This document shows positions 1-9,213 of a stretch of 41,525 nucleotides of DNA, piece by piece. The stretch comes from Fidelibacterota bacterium. Lineage in GTDB: Bacteria > Fidelibacterota > UBA2242. The first letter of the stretch is position 1; each line of letters begins with the position of its first letter. The notes beneath the pieces are model-generated. The model worked only from the letters and a program-made list of their open reading frames with translations. It had not been told where the DNA came from and did not search any database. The stretch is taken from contig JBNGDF010000002.1 of assembly GCA_049975265.1 (NCBI GenBank), forward strand, positions 154,543 through 196,067, given 5' to 3'. Both the position numbers and the translations under genes were made by a program.

Positions 1-380
1 AAATCAAAACCCTCCATCAAATCACGAACTTCAAATCCATCGGACGTACTGACAATATCGGGAGCATTGCTAAGGGAGATGACCCGGTCAATTGCCCGGT
101 TGCTTTCCAGCTCTTCTGTAATCTTTTTGACCTTGGAAAAGGTTTCATGACTGAAGATATTCTCCGCTGAAATGGATATCACTACCAGTTCGGAACCACC
201 AAAGATGTCCTCCATCTCATTCGTCTTGACAATAATATCCATATCCTGGGGCAGCATTTCCACAATATCCGGTTCAATCTGCAACTTCGGAATGTGCCAG
301 CCCAGTAATAAGGTGATGAGAATAAAACCGGCAATAATTGTTCGCGGGAATTTTAAAATTATCTCGATCCAGGATTTCAT
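1..380 (-). CDS. MMPL/RND family transporter, N-terminal part (runs off the window edge)
   Basis: Not in the ORF track. Manual translation from ATG 380 gives MKSWIEIILKFPRTIIAGFILITLLLGWHIPKLQIEPDIVEMLPQD...EDIFGGSELVVISI...IDRVISLSNA, a typical MMPL N-terminus. It has an ATGA overlap with the TetR stop. Confidence 0.8.
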   Translation of the reverse strand, partial: MKSWIEIILKFPRTIIAGFILITLLLGWHIPKLQIEPDIVEMLPQDMDIIVKTNEMEDIFGGSELVVISISAENIFSHETFSKVKKITEELESNRAIDRVISLSNAPDIVSTSDGFEVRDLMEGFD

Positions 381-1039
381 TCCGTCTGGTGCTTGTTTGC
401 AATTGATTGCATCAGTTTAAAAAAATCAACCGTCTCCGTTTTTTCCAGCAGTCCGTTCATAATCAGATCTGTGAACATCGGAATGATGGTGGATAAACTG
501 TAGGGTGAGTTTATTAAAAATTCCGGTTGGAAAATATCCTGCACAATCCGCATCACCAGATTACTAATAAAATCAAGATTGACATTCTTACGGATGATGT
601 TCCGTTGCTGGGCAATGACAAACAGTGAACTCAGCCGCTGGATGATGTCTGTCCGCAATTGTTCAATCTGGTCCCATGTTTCAGGATAATATAGTTTGAC
701 CTCATACATCGTATTGGAACTCACGGTGGAGATTTTTTCGAAAACCGTCTGCAAAAGCCGGAGCAGCGTTTCCAGCGGTTGCTCCGGATTGAATGCAACC
801 GTTTTCAGGCAGGCGTAGATATTGTCAATGTGGGCTTGCAGAGCCGCTTTGATGAACTCATCTTTGGAGGGAAAATACTTATAGAGCGTCTTTTTACTGA
901 TGCGTAATTTTGTGGTATGTTTTTCAATCGTAAAACCGCTGATTCCATTTTTGAGAATATCCTGCCGGGCGGATTCGGTTACAAATCGCATTTTTTCTGG
1001 AATCGGATGAATGCCCTTTGGAAACGTATTTCGTGTCAT
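377..1039 (-). CDS. TetR/AcrR family transcriptional regulator
   Basis: HTH signature GISGFTIEK...LRISKKTLYKYFPSKDE. Start uncertain (ATG 1039 or 991). Confidence 0.85.
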   Translation of the reverse strand: MTRNTFPKGIHPIPEKMRFVTESARQDILKNGISGFTIEKHTTKLRISKKTLYKYFPSKDEFIKAALQAHIDNIYACLKTVAFNPEQPLETLLRLLQTVFEKISTVSSNTMYEVKLYYPETWDQIEQLRTDIIQRLSSLFVIAQQRNIIRKNVNLDFISNLVMRIVQDIFQPEFLINSPYSLSTIIPMFTDLIMNGLLEKTETVDFFKLMQSIANKHQTE

Positions 1040-1048
1040 ACGTTTCCA
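1019..1048. promoter_or_regulatory. Perfect 11-bp inverted repeat, candidate TetR operator
   Basis: TGGAAACGTAT-N8-ATACGTTTCCA at the 5' end of the tetR-MMPL operon. Confidence 0.6.
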
Positions 1049-1104
1049 TTTTACAACATTGTTCACTGAAATCAAAGTAAAATTTTCCTGCCGCCGGTTA
1101 ATTT

Positions 1105-1863
1105 TTACTTCGAGGCACTGCTTTTTTTAATCAGTTTTACGATTATAGGAAGGCTATTTTCGTCGATAATCCGGCGAGCGATACGTTCATTCTCCTTTGT
1201 GCGGACGACGATATTGAGCTCCACCGGACGATGCCACATCCGGATAATGTCAGCCATGGACTTCATCCGATCCAGAAAGGTCTCTTCCAATAATGACTGC
1301 GTTGATTCAAATAAAAAACAGCGATATTTGCTGCCCTTTGCGATAATCAAATCCGGTACAAAGGCGTTCCAGTACATGGGATGATCATCGTACTCGTCAA
1401 TATACTTTGTATAAATGGTGTAATCGCGCTTGGTGTACCGCCCGATCAGATAGCGCAGGAGATTCATCTCGGTGTATTTCCGGCGCGACTGTTTCAGTGA
1501 CCGCCGCATGACACTGATGACCCGGGCATAGAGGATTTGCAGATCAAAAGGTTTGGTGACGTAATCGTCGGCGCCGGATACGAGACCGTTCACCTGCATC
1601 GTCGGCGCCGTCTGACCGGTCAGCATAATGACCGGTATCTGGGCCGCCAGCGGGTGCTCCTTAAAAATTTTCAGCAGCTCTATCCCGTTTTTGCCGGGTA
1701 AATTAATATCCAGAATGATCACATCGGGTTCAAACTGAATAACCGTCTCAAGGGCTTTTGAGCCCTCCGTGAGAGTCTTAACCTCCATCTCCCGGGATTC
1801 GAAAAAGGTCTGCATTAATTCCCGAATATCACCATCGTCATCAATTACCAGAATTTTTCTCAA
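1105..1863 (-). CDS. Response regulator receiver domain fused to an atypical C-terminal domain (PD-(D/E)xK-like)
   Basis: REC motifs ILVIDDD, IILDINLP, MLT, GADDYVTKPF. The C-terminal ~120 aa has no HTH and contains FVPDLIIAKG..RCFLFES. TTG start with a G-rich RBS. Confidence 0.8.
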   Translation of the reverse strand: MRKILVIDDDGDIRELMQTFFESREMEVKTLTEGSKALETVIQFEPDVIILDINLPGKNGIELLKIFKEHPLAAQIPVIMLTGQTAPTMQVNGLVSGADDYVTKPFDLQILYARVISVMRRSLKQSRRKYTEMNLLRYLIGRYTKRDYTIYTKYIDEYDDHPMYWNAFVPDLIIAKGSKYRCFLFESTQSLLEETFLDRMKSMADIIRMWHRPVELNIVVRTKENERIARRIIDENSLPIIVKLIKKSSASK

Positions 1864-2057
1864 AACTGTCCCCCCTACTCTTCATTTTGCAGCAAATATA
1901 CACAAATTTCGAATAAAATAGAACCTACCGGAAATGTGACCGGCATCATTTTTTCACTCTTTTTTATTTATTTTTCAAATATGCTGAAACTTTTTCCATC
2001 CATCATACATCTAATAGATAGATTGAAAATTGATTGTCATGCTCAGCAGTTTCTTGA

Positions 2058-2074
2058 CTGGCACTATTATTGCA
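2058..2074 (+). promoter_or_regulatory. sigma54 (-24/-12) promoter
   Basis: CTGGCAC-TATTA-TTGCA is an exact match to the TGGCAC-N5-TTGCW consensus. AT-rich upstream region. Confidence 0.75.
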
Positions 2075-2084
2075 CTTATTAAAA

Positions 2085-2244
2085 ATGAATTTGATATTTG
2101 ATACAGCGAAACACTAATCCTTACATACATCCCCTCCCCCTCCCCGGATGTGCCGTAATATCCCTCATAAATCCCCTCATTAACGTTCGGGGAGGGAAAA
2201 CCTCTTTAAAAAAACCGACTGATTCAACTCAGTCGGTTTTTTTT
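2085..2244 (+). ncRNA. Candidate sigma54-dependent small RNA (~160 nt) with C-rich anti-SD loops
   Basis: Lies between the sigma54 promoter and an intrinsic terminator. Stem ACATCC/GGATGT closes the loop CCTCCCCCTCCCC, with further TCCCTC/TCCCCTC motifs. No credible long ORF. Confidence 0.55.
2208..2244. terminator. Bidirectional rho-independent terminator
   Basis: A7-CCGACTGA-ttcaac-TCAGTCGG-T8. It can serve both the + strand unit and the convergent M49 gene. Confidence 0.9.
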
Positions 2245-2247
2245 ATT

Positions 2248-3921
2248 TCAATAAACAATCGGAAAACTTGGCTGGATATCCACCGGTAAATGACTTAACT
2301 GTGCCACATAGTCAGCCATGAGTGGCGTCATCACCCGATACTTTTCAATCAACTGACCTGCGCGCCTGTAATCACCATGCGCTTCAATCAGCAACAACTT
2401 TTCAGCCAGCTCTTCGATAGCCGCCTGGAGTTTCTCACTGTCATAATTGAGCTTGCCGTTCCGGTCTTTGAAAAAGCCGCCCTTTTCGATAAAATAATTG
2501 AACTGAATCGCCACTCCTCCGCCATGAGCTTCGTCGATTCCAAACCGAATCGAGCGATACATGCCGCCGAGATAGCTGGCAAGCGCCGCCTCCATATCCA
2601 TCGGAAACACACCCTTGCGCATCAGATACAGATAGGTATACATTCCCAACACATCGGCTTTGCACTCTTCAATGATCGGATAGAGCTCCTTCAATTCCCG
2701 ACTGACGGTGGTTTTGGTACCGTCCTCCCGGACAAGCGTACCGGGTCCCAGTCCGTGACTCACTTCGTGCATCAGGACATGATTGAAATAGGCGTCGAAG
2801 GAGACCTTTGCCAGCGGTTCCGGCGCCAGAATCGTATTGACGATGGGGATCCAGCATTTTTCATATTTCGCCCGGGCAACATTTTTTAACATCACCTTTT
2901 TGGATCCCTTCGCCTCCCGCACTTTTTCGTCATTGGGTAGATTGAATGCGGTGGTCTGGATACCCGCTTTGGTATCACCGGCAGAAAAAACTTCCTGTAC
3001 AACTTTTACCGGTGAGGCACTGCCCCGGTTAAAATTCTTGTACTTGTCAGGAATCGGAAGTGCTGCTTCCAGCTCGTTCAGGTACTGCGCCACTTTGGCA
3101 AGTTTTTCGCTCTCATGATGATCCACGATACAGATAAATGCCTCGTAAGCGGCTTTGTAACTGAAGAGTTGGTCCTCATAGACCTCATAGGGACCGATCA
3201 CCACTTCAAAATCCCCTGCCAGATCCATCCACGCCATATCACTTTCAAAGTAGTCGTCCGTCAGCAAATCCCGCGCCCGCAGTCGCAGGTATCTTGCCAG
3301 CGTCGGATCATCGCTCAGATCGGCGGCATCCGTCAGCAGACGACTGGCTTGATTCACAAGATCGGCATATTCCTCGTGATAGGGTATAGCCGTCAATCGA
3401 CCCGACTCATCCCGCCTGACAACGGTAAATGTGCCGGTCAGAGCCTCTTTTTTGGCAGGTTTCTCTTCAATGGCATTTAAAAATTCCTCTTTTGTCATAT
3501 CCTCGGGATAAAATCCGGCACCCGCCGGTTTTTCCTTTCGATTGATAAACGGACGATGCTCTGCCAGACGATTCCAGGGACCAAACATGATGGTGAACAG
3601 CTCCAGATAAAGCGAGTCCTGCGGATCATCCGACTGCTGCAATGCCGCCCGAATCGCCGGATTTTCCGGATTGACCTGCAAAAGGAAGAGCTCGTCCATA
3701 ATTTTTGCCGCCTCCACCAAACGGATCAAAACCTGAAAATCTTTGGAACTCAACCCGGACAGATCAGCTTGCAGCTCCACCGGCGCCAATTTCGCCAGTT
3801 CACCCTTGATATACTCAATCTCGGCTTTACTGCGAATCACCCCTTTTTCTCCGCAACTACTCAACATCAAACCGGATATCAGCAATAACATCAACCACTT
3901 CAACTGAATGCCGTATCGCAT
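2248..3921 (-). CDS. Peptidase family M49 (dipeptidyl peptidase III-like) lipoprotein
   Basis: HEVSHGLG plus EECKAD zinc motifs, AFNLPND and GSKKVMLKNV, lipobox LSSC. ATG 3921 has a GAGGG RBS. Confidence 0.85.
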   Translation of the reverse strand: MRYGIQLKWLMLLLISGLMLSSCGEKGVIRSKAEIEYIKGELAKLAPVELQADLSGLSSKDFQVLIRLVEAAKIMDELFLLQVNPENPAIRAALQQSDDPQDSLYLELFTIMFGPWNRLAEHRPFINRKEKPAGAGFYPEDMTKEEFLNAIEEKPAKKEALTGTFTVVRRDESGRLTAIPYHEEYADLVNQASRLLTDAADLSDDPTLARYLRLRARDLLTDDYFESDMAWMDLAGDFEVVIGPYEVYEDQLFSYKAAYEAFICIVDHHESEKLAKVAQYLNELEAALPIPDKYKNFNRGSASPVKVVQEVFSAGDTKAGIQTTAFNLPNDEKVREAKGSKKVMLKNVARAKYEKCWIPIVNTILAPEPLAKVSFDAYFNHVLMHEVSHGLGPGTLVREDGTKTTVSRELKELYPIIEECKADVLGMYTYLYLMRKGVFPMDMEAALASYLGGMYRSIRFGIDEAHGGGVAIQFNYFIEKGGFFKDRNGKLNYDSEKLQAAIEELAEKLLLIEAHGDYRRAGQLIEKYRVMTPLMADYVAQLSHLPVDIQPSFPIVY

Positions 3922-3954
3922 AATCACCACCCTCTCTTATTAAATGACACATCA

Positions 3955-6393
3955 CTATTTCAGCAGCAGGCATTTTCCCTGAATAACCTGGGATTGCATC
4001 TGCATCGAATAAAAGTAAATTCCTGATGATAAATTGTCGGGTTTCCAGGGAATAATATGACGCCCCGCTGCTCCGTTTATTACGATCATTTTATCAACTA
4101 CTTCCCCTTTGATATTGTAAAATGTCAGTGTAATATCTCCCGAATCTATCAGTTGAATTTCGAAATTTGACAAATTGTTAAAAGGATTCGGGTAATGACT
4201 CAGCAGCCGGAATTTTTTTATCACCGGCACCTCCTTTTGACCGATTCCGGATGATTCGATAAAACGGATCTTTAAATCATCAAAATAGATGGTACCGGAC
4301 CCTTTGTTATCATCTTTGGTTTCCACAAGATATATTCTTGTCCACTCAATCGGAAAATTAAGCACCGCGCCGGGATTTACCCAGCTGGGAATGGCATCTT
4401 CAAGTAGTGTTTCCACATACTGCCATTCATTTATCCAGTATATTCCCGGGCTTGACTCCGTAAAATTCACAATAAACTTCTCTCCATCATGATCCTTGAA
4501 TTCACCACGCAGCCAGTGGTGACTGCTGTCACCGTACACATAGATACCGACGGCATCGGGGGTTCCGGAAATCGGTAAAGCAATATTCAGATACAACGCG
4601 CTCGTACCGCCTGTAGCCAGATTATAGTCCATCTTACCGGACGATGGCTCAGAATAATAAATATCGGTGGATAATGTAAATGTCCCGGTCGCAAGTGCAG
4701 ATGTTACGCTCCAGTTGCTTACATCACTAAAATCATCCACCAATACCGTGGTAGCAGCACCGACAGTGACCGGAACCGTATCTGCAACGGATTCATAAGC
4801 AGCGACAATTTGCCCTTCACCGATGGTATTCGCAGTGAAATACCCGGTTTCGGAAATGATACCGACTTCCCCGATGACTGTCCATTCGTATTCATCAAGA
4901 GACAGGTCAATTTTATGACCATAATAATCCCGGGCAGTTGCGGATAATTGCTGCTGTTCTCCCATCTCCAAAATAATCGGATCCGGTTGCAGCTCAATTT
5001 CGCCGATTTCCGTAATGTGGATGAACACGGAATCTTCTATACGGTCAATCGCTGCATAGATGTAGCCGGAAGCGGTATCATTACCAGCGGTAAATAATCC
5101 ATTTATATCTACTGTGCCGATATTGCTATCACAACTCCAACTGAGCTGGTCGGTGGGATATGCTACTTTATTATTGTATTCATCATAACCATCTGCGGAA
5201 AACTGCTTAGTTGTTCCCGGTATCAAAAAGACATATCGCTGTTTAATCCACAATTTCGCAAAATCGCTGATCGGAGCCGTACTGACAACCAGCAGTGCAT
5301 TTGATACGGATCTCTCCACTCCGTCGGACGGACTATTCATAACAGCATTCCGGACAACCATAGCACTGGAACCGCCACCGTCAAAGTTTATTCCATGATA
5401 AACACCCCATTCCAGCATATAATCCGCAAATTCATAGAGTGACATTCCAATGCTGAACCCGGCTTGGCGTCCATCCACAACAAAAAGGAATAATGTGGTA
5501 GAATCCTGAGTGAAACCGACCGCCGTACGCGGATGACGACCGGACGAAAAACTGCCCACCGGTACCGTGACCGATCCGTTGCGAATCATGGAGGGACCGC
5601 CGCCGACCAATTCACAGATTCGACGTGTCTCCGGCGACAAACTAAGCATCATTTTGATAGTGTCCCCGACGAACACTGTCGCATTCAGGAAATCCCTCGA
5701 TATCCCGTGACCAGACAACACGACCCCATTTGACGGAATACTGTTATTGCCATGACCGGCTTCCTGGACACTGTCTTTGGCAATGACTTTCAGATAGACC
5801 GTATCGTTAATAACCGGATTCGTAACATATTCGGTAATTATCTCCGTGCCCCATTCATTGGTACCGGTTTTTGTGCCCATATATTTATTATATAGGACCA
5901 GATAATCCGTATTTCTGGCTTCATTGATACCGTGGATAGCCTGCATAGTATCGTTTTTACCCCATACAAACCCCGAATAAAAAAAGAGTCCTTCAAAGGG
6001 TTCCTTGTTCTCCGTTAACCCAAAGGCTTCCCGGCTGGCTGGCTTCTGCAACAACTCCCCCTGAAGCACCTGTGCGTTAATGGGCACTCCCGTGCTGGTG
6101 TTATAAAAATCGCCATTGGTAGCTGCCACTACCTTGTGACCATCATAATTTTTCCGTTTTGCCATGGACGACGGTTTCTCAAATCCGGCAAGCCGGTCAT
6201 CCGCTTTTGCCGTTTCTAACTGAATATATTCGTTTTCTAAATCAATTTGAAGAATGTAGAGGTGCCACGGACCTTCTTCAAAATAATCGTGATAGTACAT
6301 CACACCCGGTCCAACCGGCATACTGTCAATGATTTCAGCAAAACTGATTGCCGGTAACAGCGCCATGATGAATACAAAATATTTACTTCTCAA
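3955..6393 (-). CDS. Secreted phosphodiester glycosidase (NAGPA-family) protein with Ig-like repeats and a T9SS-type C-terminal sorting domain
   Basis: NGDFY, HPRTAVG, VVDGRQ, NFDGGGSS, NSPSDG.ERSVSN motifs. C-terminal YPNPFN...LSSGIYFY...K.LLLK. Start probably TTG 6393 or ATG 6366. Confidence 0.85.
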   Translation of the reverse strand: MRSKYFVFIMALLPAISFAEIIDSMPVGPGVMYYHDYFEEGPWHLYILQIDLENEYIQLETAKADDRLAGFEKPSSMAKRKNYDGHKVVAATNGDFYNTSTGVPINAQVLQGELLQKPASREAFGLTENKEPFEGLFFYSGFVWGKNDTMQAIHGINEARNTDYLVLYNKYMGTKTGTNEWGTEIITEYVTNPVINDTVYLKVIAKDSVQEAGHGNNSIPSNGVVLSGHGISRDFLNATVFVGDTIKMMLSLSPETRRICELVGGGPSMIRNGSVTVPVGSFSSGRHPRTAVGFTQDSTTLFLFVVDGRQAGFSIGMSLYEFADYMLEWGVYHGINFDGGGSSAMVVRNAVMNSPSDGVERSVSNALLVVSTAPISDFAKLWIKQRYVFLIPGTTKQFSADGYDEYNNKVAYPTDQLSWSCDSNIGTVDINGLFTAGNDTASGYIYAAIDRIEDSVFIHITEIGEIELQPDPIILEMGEQQQLSATARDYYGHKIDLSLDEYEWTVIGEVGIISETGYFTANTIGEGQIVAAYESVADTVPVTVGAATTVLVDDFSDVSNWSVTSALATGTFTLSTDIYYSEPSSGKMDYNLATGGTSALYLNIALPISGTPDAVGIYVYGDSSHHWLRGEFKDHDGEKFIVNFTESSPGIYWINEWQYVETLLEDAIPSWVNPGAVLNFPIEWTRIYLVETKDDNKGSGTIYFDDLKIRFIESSGIGQKEVPVIKKFRLLSHYPNPFNNLSNFEIQLIDSGDITLTFYNIKGEVVDKMIVINGAAGRHIIPWKPDNLSSGIYFYSMQMQSQVIQGKCLLLK

Positions 6394-7639
6394 GGCTCTT
6401 CTCCACCCAGATTTGGACCAGCTCGAGCAGAGTATCCACCGCTTCCTCCATCGCCTGAACGGCAATCCACTCAAGTTTTCCGTGAAAATTATGACCACCG
6501 GTAAAGATATTCGGCGTCAACAACCCCATGAAGCTGAGCCGCGCTCCGTCAGTACCGCCGCGAATCAGTTGCAATTGCGGTTCTATCCCCGCCCGACTCA
6601 CCGCTTCGAGAGCATATTCAACCACGCGTGGATCCTCGTCGAGTTTCACTTTCATATTCTCATAGGAATCCTTGATCTCCAGCTCGATTTTTGCCTTTGG
6701 ATAGCGCCTGCTGATTTTTTCGCAAACCTGTTTTAGTCGTGCGGCTTTTTCATCCATGCCGGATTTTTCAAAATCCCGAATCAGGTATTTCACACTGGCT
6801 TTTTCCACGCCGCCCTCGAGTACGTAGGGGTGCAGATAGCCATCTCGCTTTTCGGTAGTTTCCGGCGACGGATCGTTTTTCATCTCTGTGAGGATGTCGG
6901 CAATGATCTTGATCGCATTGACCAGTTTGTTTTTCGCATAGCCGGGATGAACATTGATCCCGTGCACCGTAAAGGTAGCCGCCGCCGCATTAAAGGTCTC
7001 GTTCTCGATCTCTCCGACGGTTTCACCATCCACGGTATAGGCATAATCGGCGGCAAATTTTTTCACATCGAAAAACTTCGTGCCGGCACCGACCTCCTCA
7101 TCCGGCGTAAAACCGATCCGCAAGGTGCCATGTTTGACCTCCGGATGATCGCGCAGATATTCCAGTAAGGTCATAATTTCCGTAATGCCGGCTTTGTCAT
7201 CGGCACCAAGCAGAGTAGTACCGTCCGAGGTGATTATGTCGTGCCCGATATGATCGCGCAGCGCCGGATTCTCTTCAAACCGCAATACCTGATTGGGATC
7301 CCCGGGCAATATGATATCATCACCCTGATAATCCCTGTGAATGATCGGTTTGACATTGGCGCCGCTGACCTCCGGCGAGGTATCGACGTGAGCAATCAGC
7401 CCGATAACCGGAACCCGCTTTGCCCGGGCAGGCTCCAGATTCGATGGTAATGTCGCCATGACGTAGCCGTACTGATCCATTGTCGCATCCGACAAGCCCA
7501 ATTCCTTAAGCTCCTCTACGAGCAGCTTCAGCAAGTCTTTCTGCTTGTCGGTGCTGGGGTACTTATCCTCGACACCTTCCTGCGATTGGGTATCGATTTT
7601 TACATAGCGAAAAAAACGGTCAAGCATTGAGTCGTACAT
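6383..7639 (-). CDS. pepT: Peptidase T (tripeptide aminopeptidase, M20B)
   Basis: RFFRYVKIDTQS, AHVDTS, GTTLLGADDKAG, FTPDEEVG, IRGGTDGA, TGGHNFHG. Confidence 0.95.
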   Translation of the reverse strand: MYDSMLDRFFRYVKIDTQSQEGVEDKYPSTDKQKDLLKLLVEELKELGLSDATMDQYGYVMATLPSNLEPARAKRVPVIGLIAHVDTSPEVSGANVKPIIHRDYQGDDIILPGDPNQVLRFEENPALRDHIGHDIITSDGTTLLGADDKAGITEIMTLLEYLRDHPEVKHGTLRIGFTPDEEVGAGTKFFDVKKFAADYAYTVDGETVGEIENETFNAAAATFTVHGINVHPGYAKNKLVNAIKIIADILTEMKNDPSPETTEKRDGYLHPYVLEGGVEKASVKYLIRDFEKSGMDEKAARLKQVCEKISRRYPKAKIELEIKDSYENMKVKLDEDPRVVEYALEAVSRAGIEPQLQLIRGGTDGARLSFMGLLTPNIFTGGHNFHGKLEWIAVQAMEEAVDTLLELVQIWVEKSLEK

Positions 7640-7919
7640 GATGGTTCCTTCGGTTTTTATGATTGATTTGAATAAGTGGGTGATCGTTTCGCGGTGTTTC
7701 CATTGTGATAAAATAATAAAATTTCCCAATAATGGGTAATAGAAAACCGGCTTTTTCACCATACTACTGACCTTTAACCGATTGTCATAAAAATTCCGGT
7801 TTCATACGGATTTTCAGCATTAATTCGATAATTAAGTGACTTCTTGCTTCACTTTTGGTAGATTTAGTGGGTATATCTGAAGAGATGATCATCGGAATAG
7901 GAAATTACGGGAGAAAAGT

Positions 7920-8324
7920 ATGACGCTGGAGGAAAATGTCTGTCTGGAGAGTGAACTGGAGCATTTCCGGGCGGAAAAGGAGAAAATCCGGCAGCTGGTC
8001 GGTCAGATCGGTGGCAAAGGCTCCGCCAAGCAGGACTTGACAATTAATCTAATTTTTCTTTCGATTGTTGTAATCATGCTGATTTTCGATATCCTCCGCC
8101 ATCTGTTTCACATTCAGGTTCCGCTTCCGCCACTGTTCTCGATTGAAATCGGAATACTACTGGTGTCCATCAAGATCATCTGGATGATCTACAAGCAGGC
8201 AAAGGTGGAACATTTCCAGTTCTGGATCCTGAATTCCATTGAATTTCGTCTCAACAATCTTTCGCGCCAGATGAATGCCATCGAAAAAAAACTGGATGAA
8301 ACAATAACCCCGGAGCAGGAGTAG
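7920..8324 (+). CDS. Hypothetical membrane protein (2 TM, coiled-coil ends)
   Basis: GGAG RBS, two hydrophobic segments, coupled to upp. Confidence 0.75.
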   Translation: MTLEENVCLESELEHFRAEKEKIRQLVGQIGGKGSAKQDLTINLIFLSIVVIMLIFDILRHLFHIQVPLPPLFSIEIGILLVSIKIIWMIYKQAKVEHFQFWILNSIEFRLNNLSRQMNAIEKKLDETITPEQE

Positions 8325-8326
8325 TG

Positions 8327-8968
8327 ATGACAGAGAATCGGTTTAAAACGCTCCATATCATTGAACATCCCCTGATTCAGACGAAGCTGACCACCTTGCG
8401 GGATATTCGGACCGACAATTATCTGTTCCGCAATCTGCTGAATCAGATTGCTTCGCTGATGGTCTATGAAGTTTTTCGGAATATCGAAACCGAAAGCATT
8501 GAGATCGAGACACCCCTGGAACCGACGACCGGTCTGAAACTGGCGAAAGAGATTACGCTGGTCCCGATTCTGAGAGCCGGGCTGGGCATGATAGCGGGGA
8601 TTCAGAATCTGATTCCCCGTGCCCGTGTCGGACATATCGGGCTTTACCGGGATAAAGACACTCTGGAACCGGTGGAATATTACACAAAATTCCCATCCAA
8701 TTTAGCCGCGACGAAAGTGATTCTGATCGATCCGATGCTGGCGACCGGCGGGAGCGCCTCGGCGGCACTCCATTTTATCAAAAAGAGGGGCGTCACAGAC
8801 ACCAGCTTCGTCTGCCTCGTTGCCGCCCCGGAAGGAGTCGCCCGAATCGTCGCCGATCATCCGCAGGTCCCGATCTTCACAGCCGCACTGGACCGGGAGC
8901 TGAATGAACACGCCTATATCCTGCCCGGGCTGGGCGATGCCGGCGACCGGATCTATGGAACCGAATAA
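8327..8968 (+). CDS. upp: Uracil phosphoribosyltransferase
   Basis: HPLI..KLT.LRD, VPILRAGLGM, IDPMLATGGSA, YILPGLGDAGDR. Confidence 0.97.
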   Translation: MTENRFKTLHIIEHPLIQTKLTTLRDIRTDNYLFRNLLNQIASLMVYEVFRNIETESIEIETPLEPTTGLKLAKEITLVPILRAGLGMIAGIQNLIPRARVGHIGLYRDKDTLEPVEYYTKFPSNLAATKVILIDPMLATGGSASAALHFIKKRGVTDTSFVCLVAAPEGVARIVADHPQVPIFTAALDRELNEHAYILPGLGDAGDRIYGTE

Positions 8969-8987
8969 TAAAACTGACGAGGTGATC

Positions 8988-9200
8988 ATGGAACAACAGA
9001 AAATTTATATCTGTCCGAAGTGCCAGAATTCCCAATACGAGGCTTTTGAAATCCGTACCACCGGCGGCTTTCTGGCAAAAGTCTTCGATGTCCAGAACGT
9101 CAAATTTACCGCCATTACCTGCACCCGCTGCCGGTATACGGAATTGTACAAAGCTGATAGCAGCACCCTGGGCAATATTCTGGACTTTTTCACCAACTAA
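8988..9200 (+). CDS. Small Zn-ribbon putative nucleic-acid-binding protein
   Basis: CPKC...CTRCRYTELY...NILDFF. GAGGTG RBS before ATG 8988. Confidence 0.85.
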   Translation: MEQQKIYICPKCQNSQYEAFEIRTTGGFLAKVFDVQNVKFTAITCTRCRYTELYKADSSTLGNILDFFTN

Positions 9201-9213
9201 TTCGGCGTTACAA

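Noticed and set aside
2098..2289. 63-aa + strand ORF across the candidate sRNA
   Set aside because: TTG start without RBS, runs through the terminator and overlaps the convergent M49 gene.
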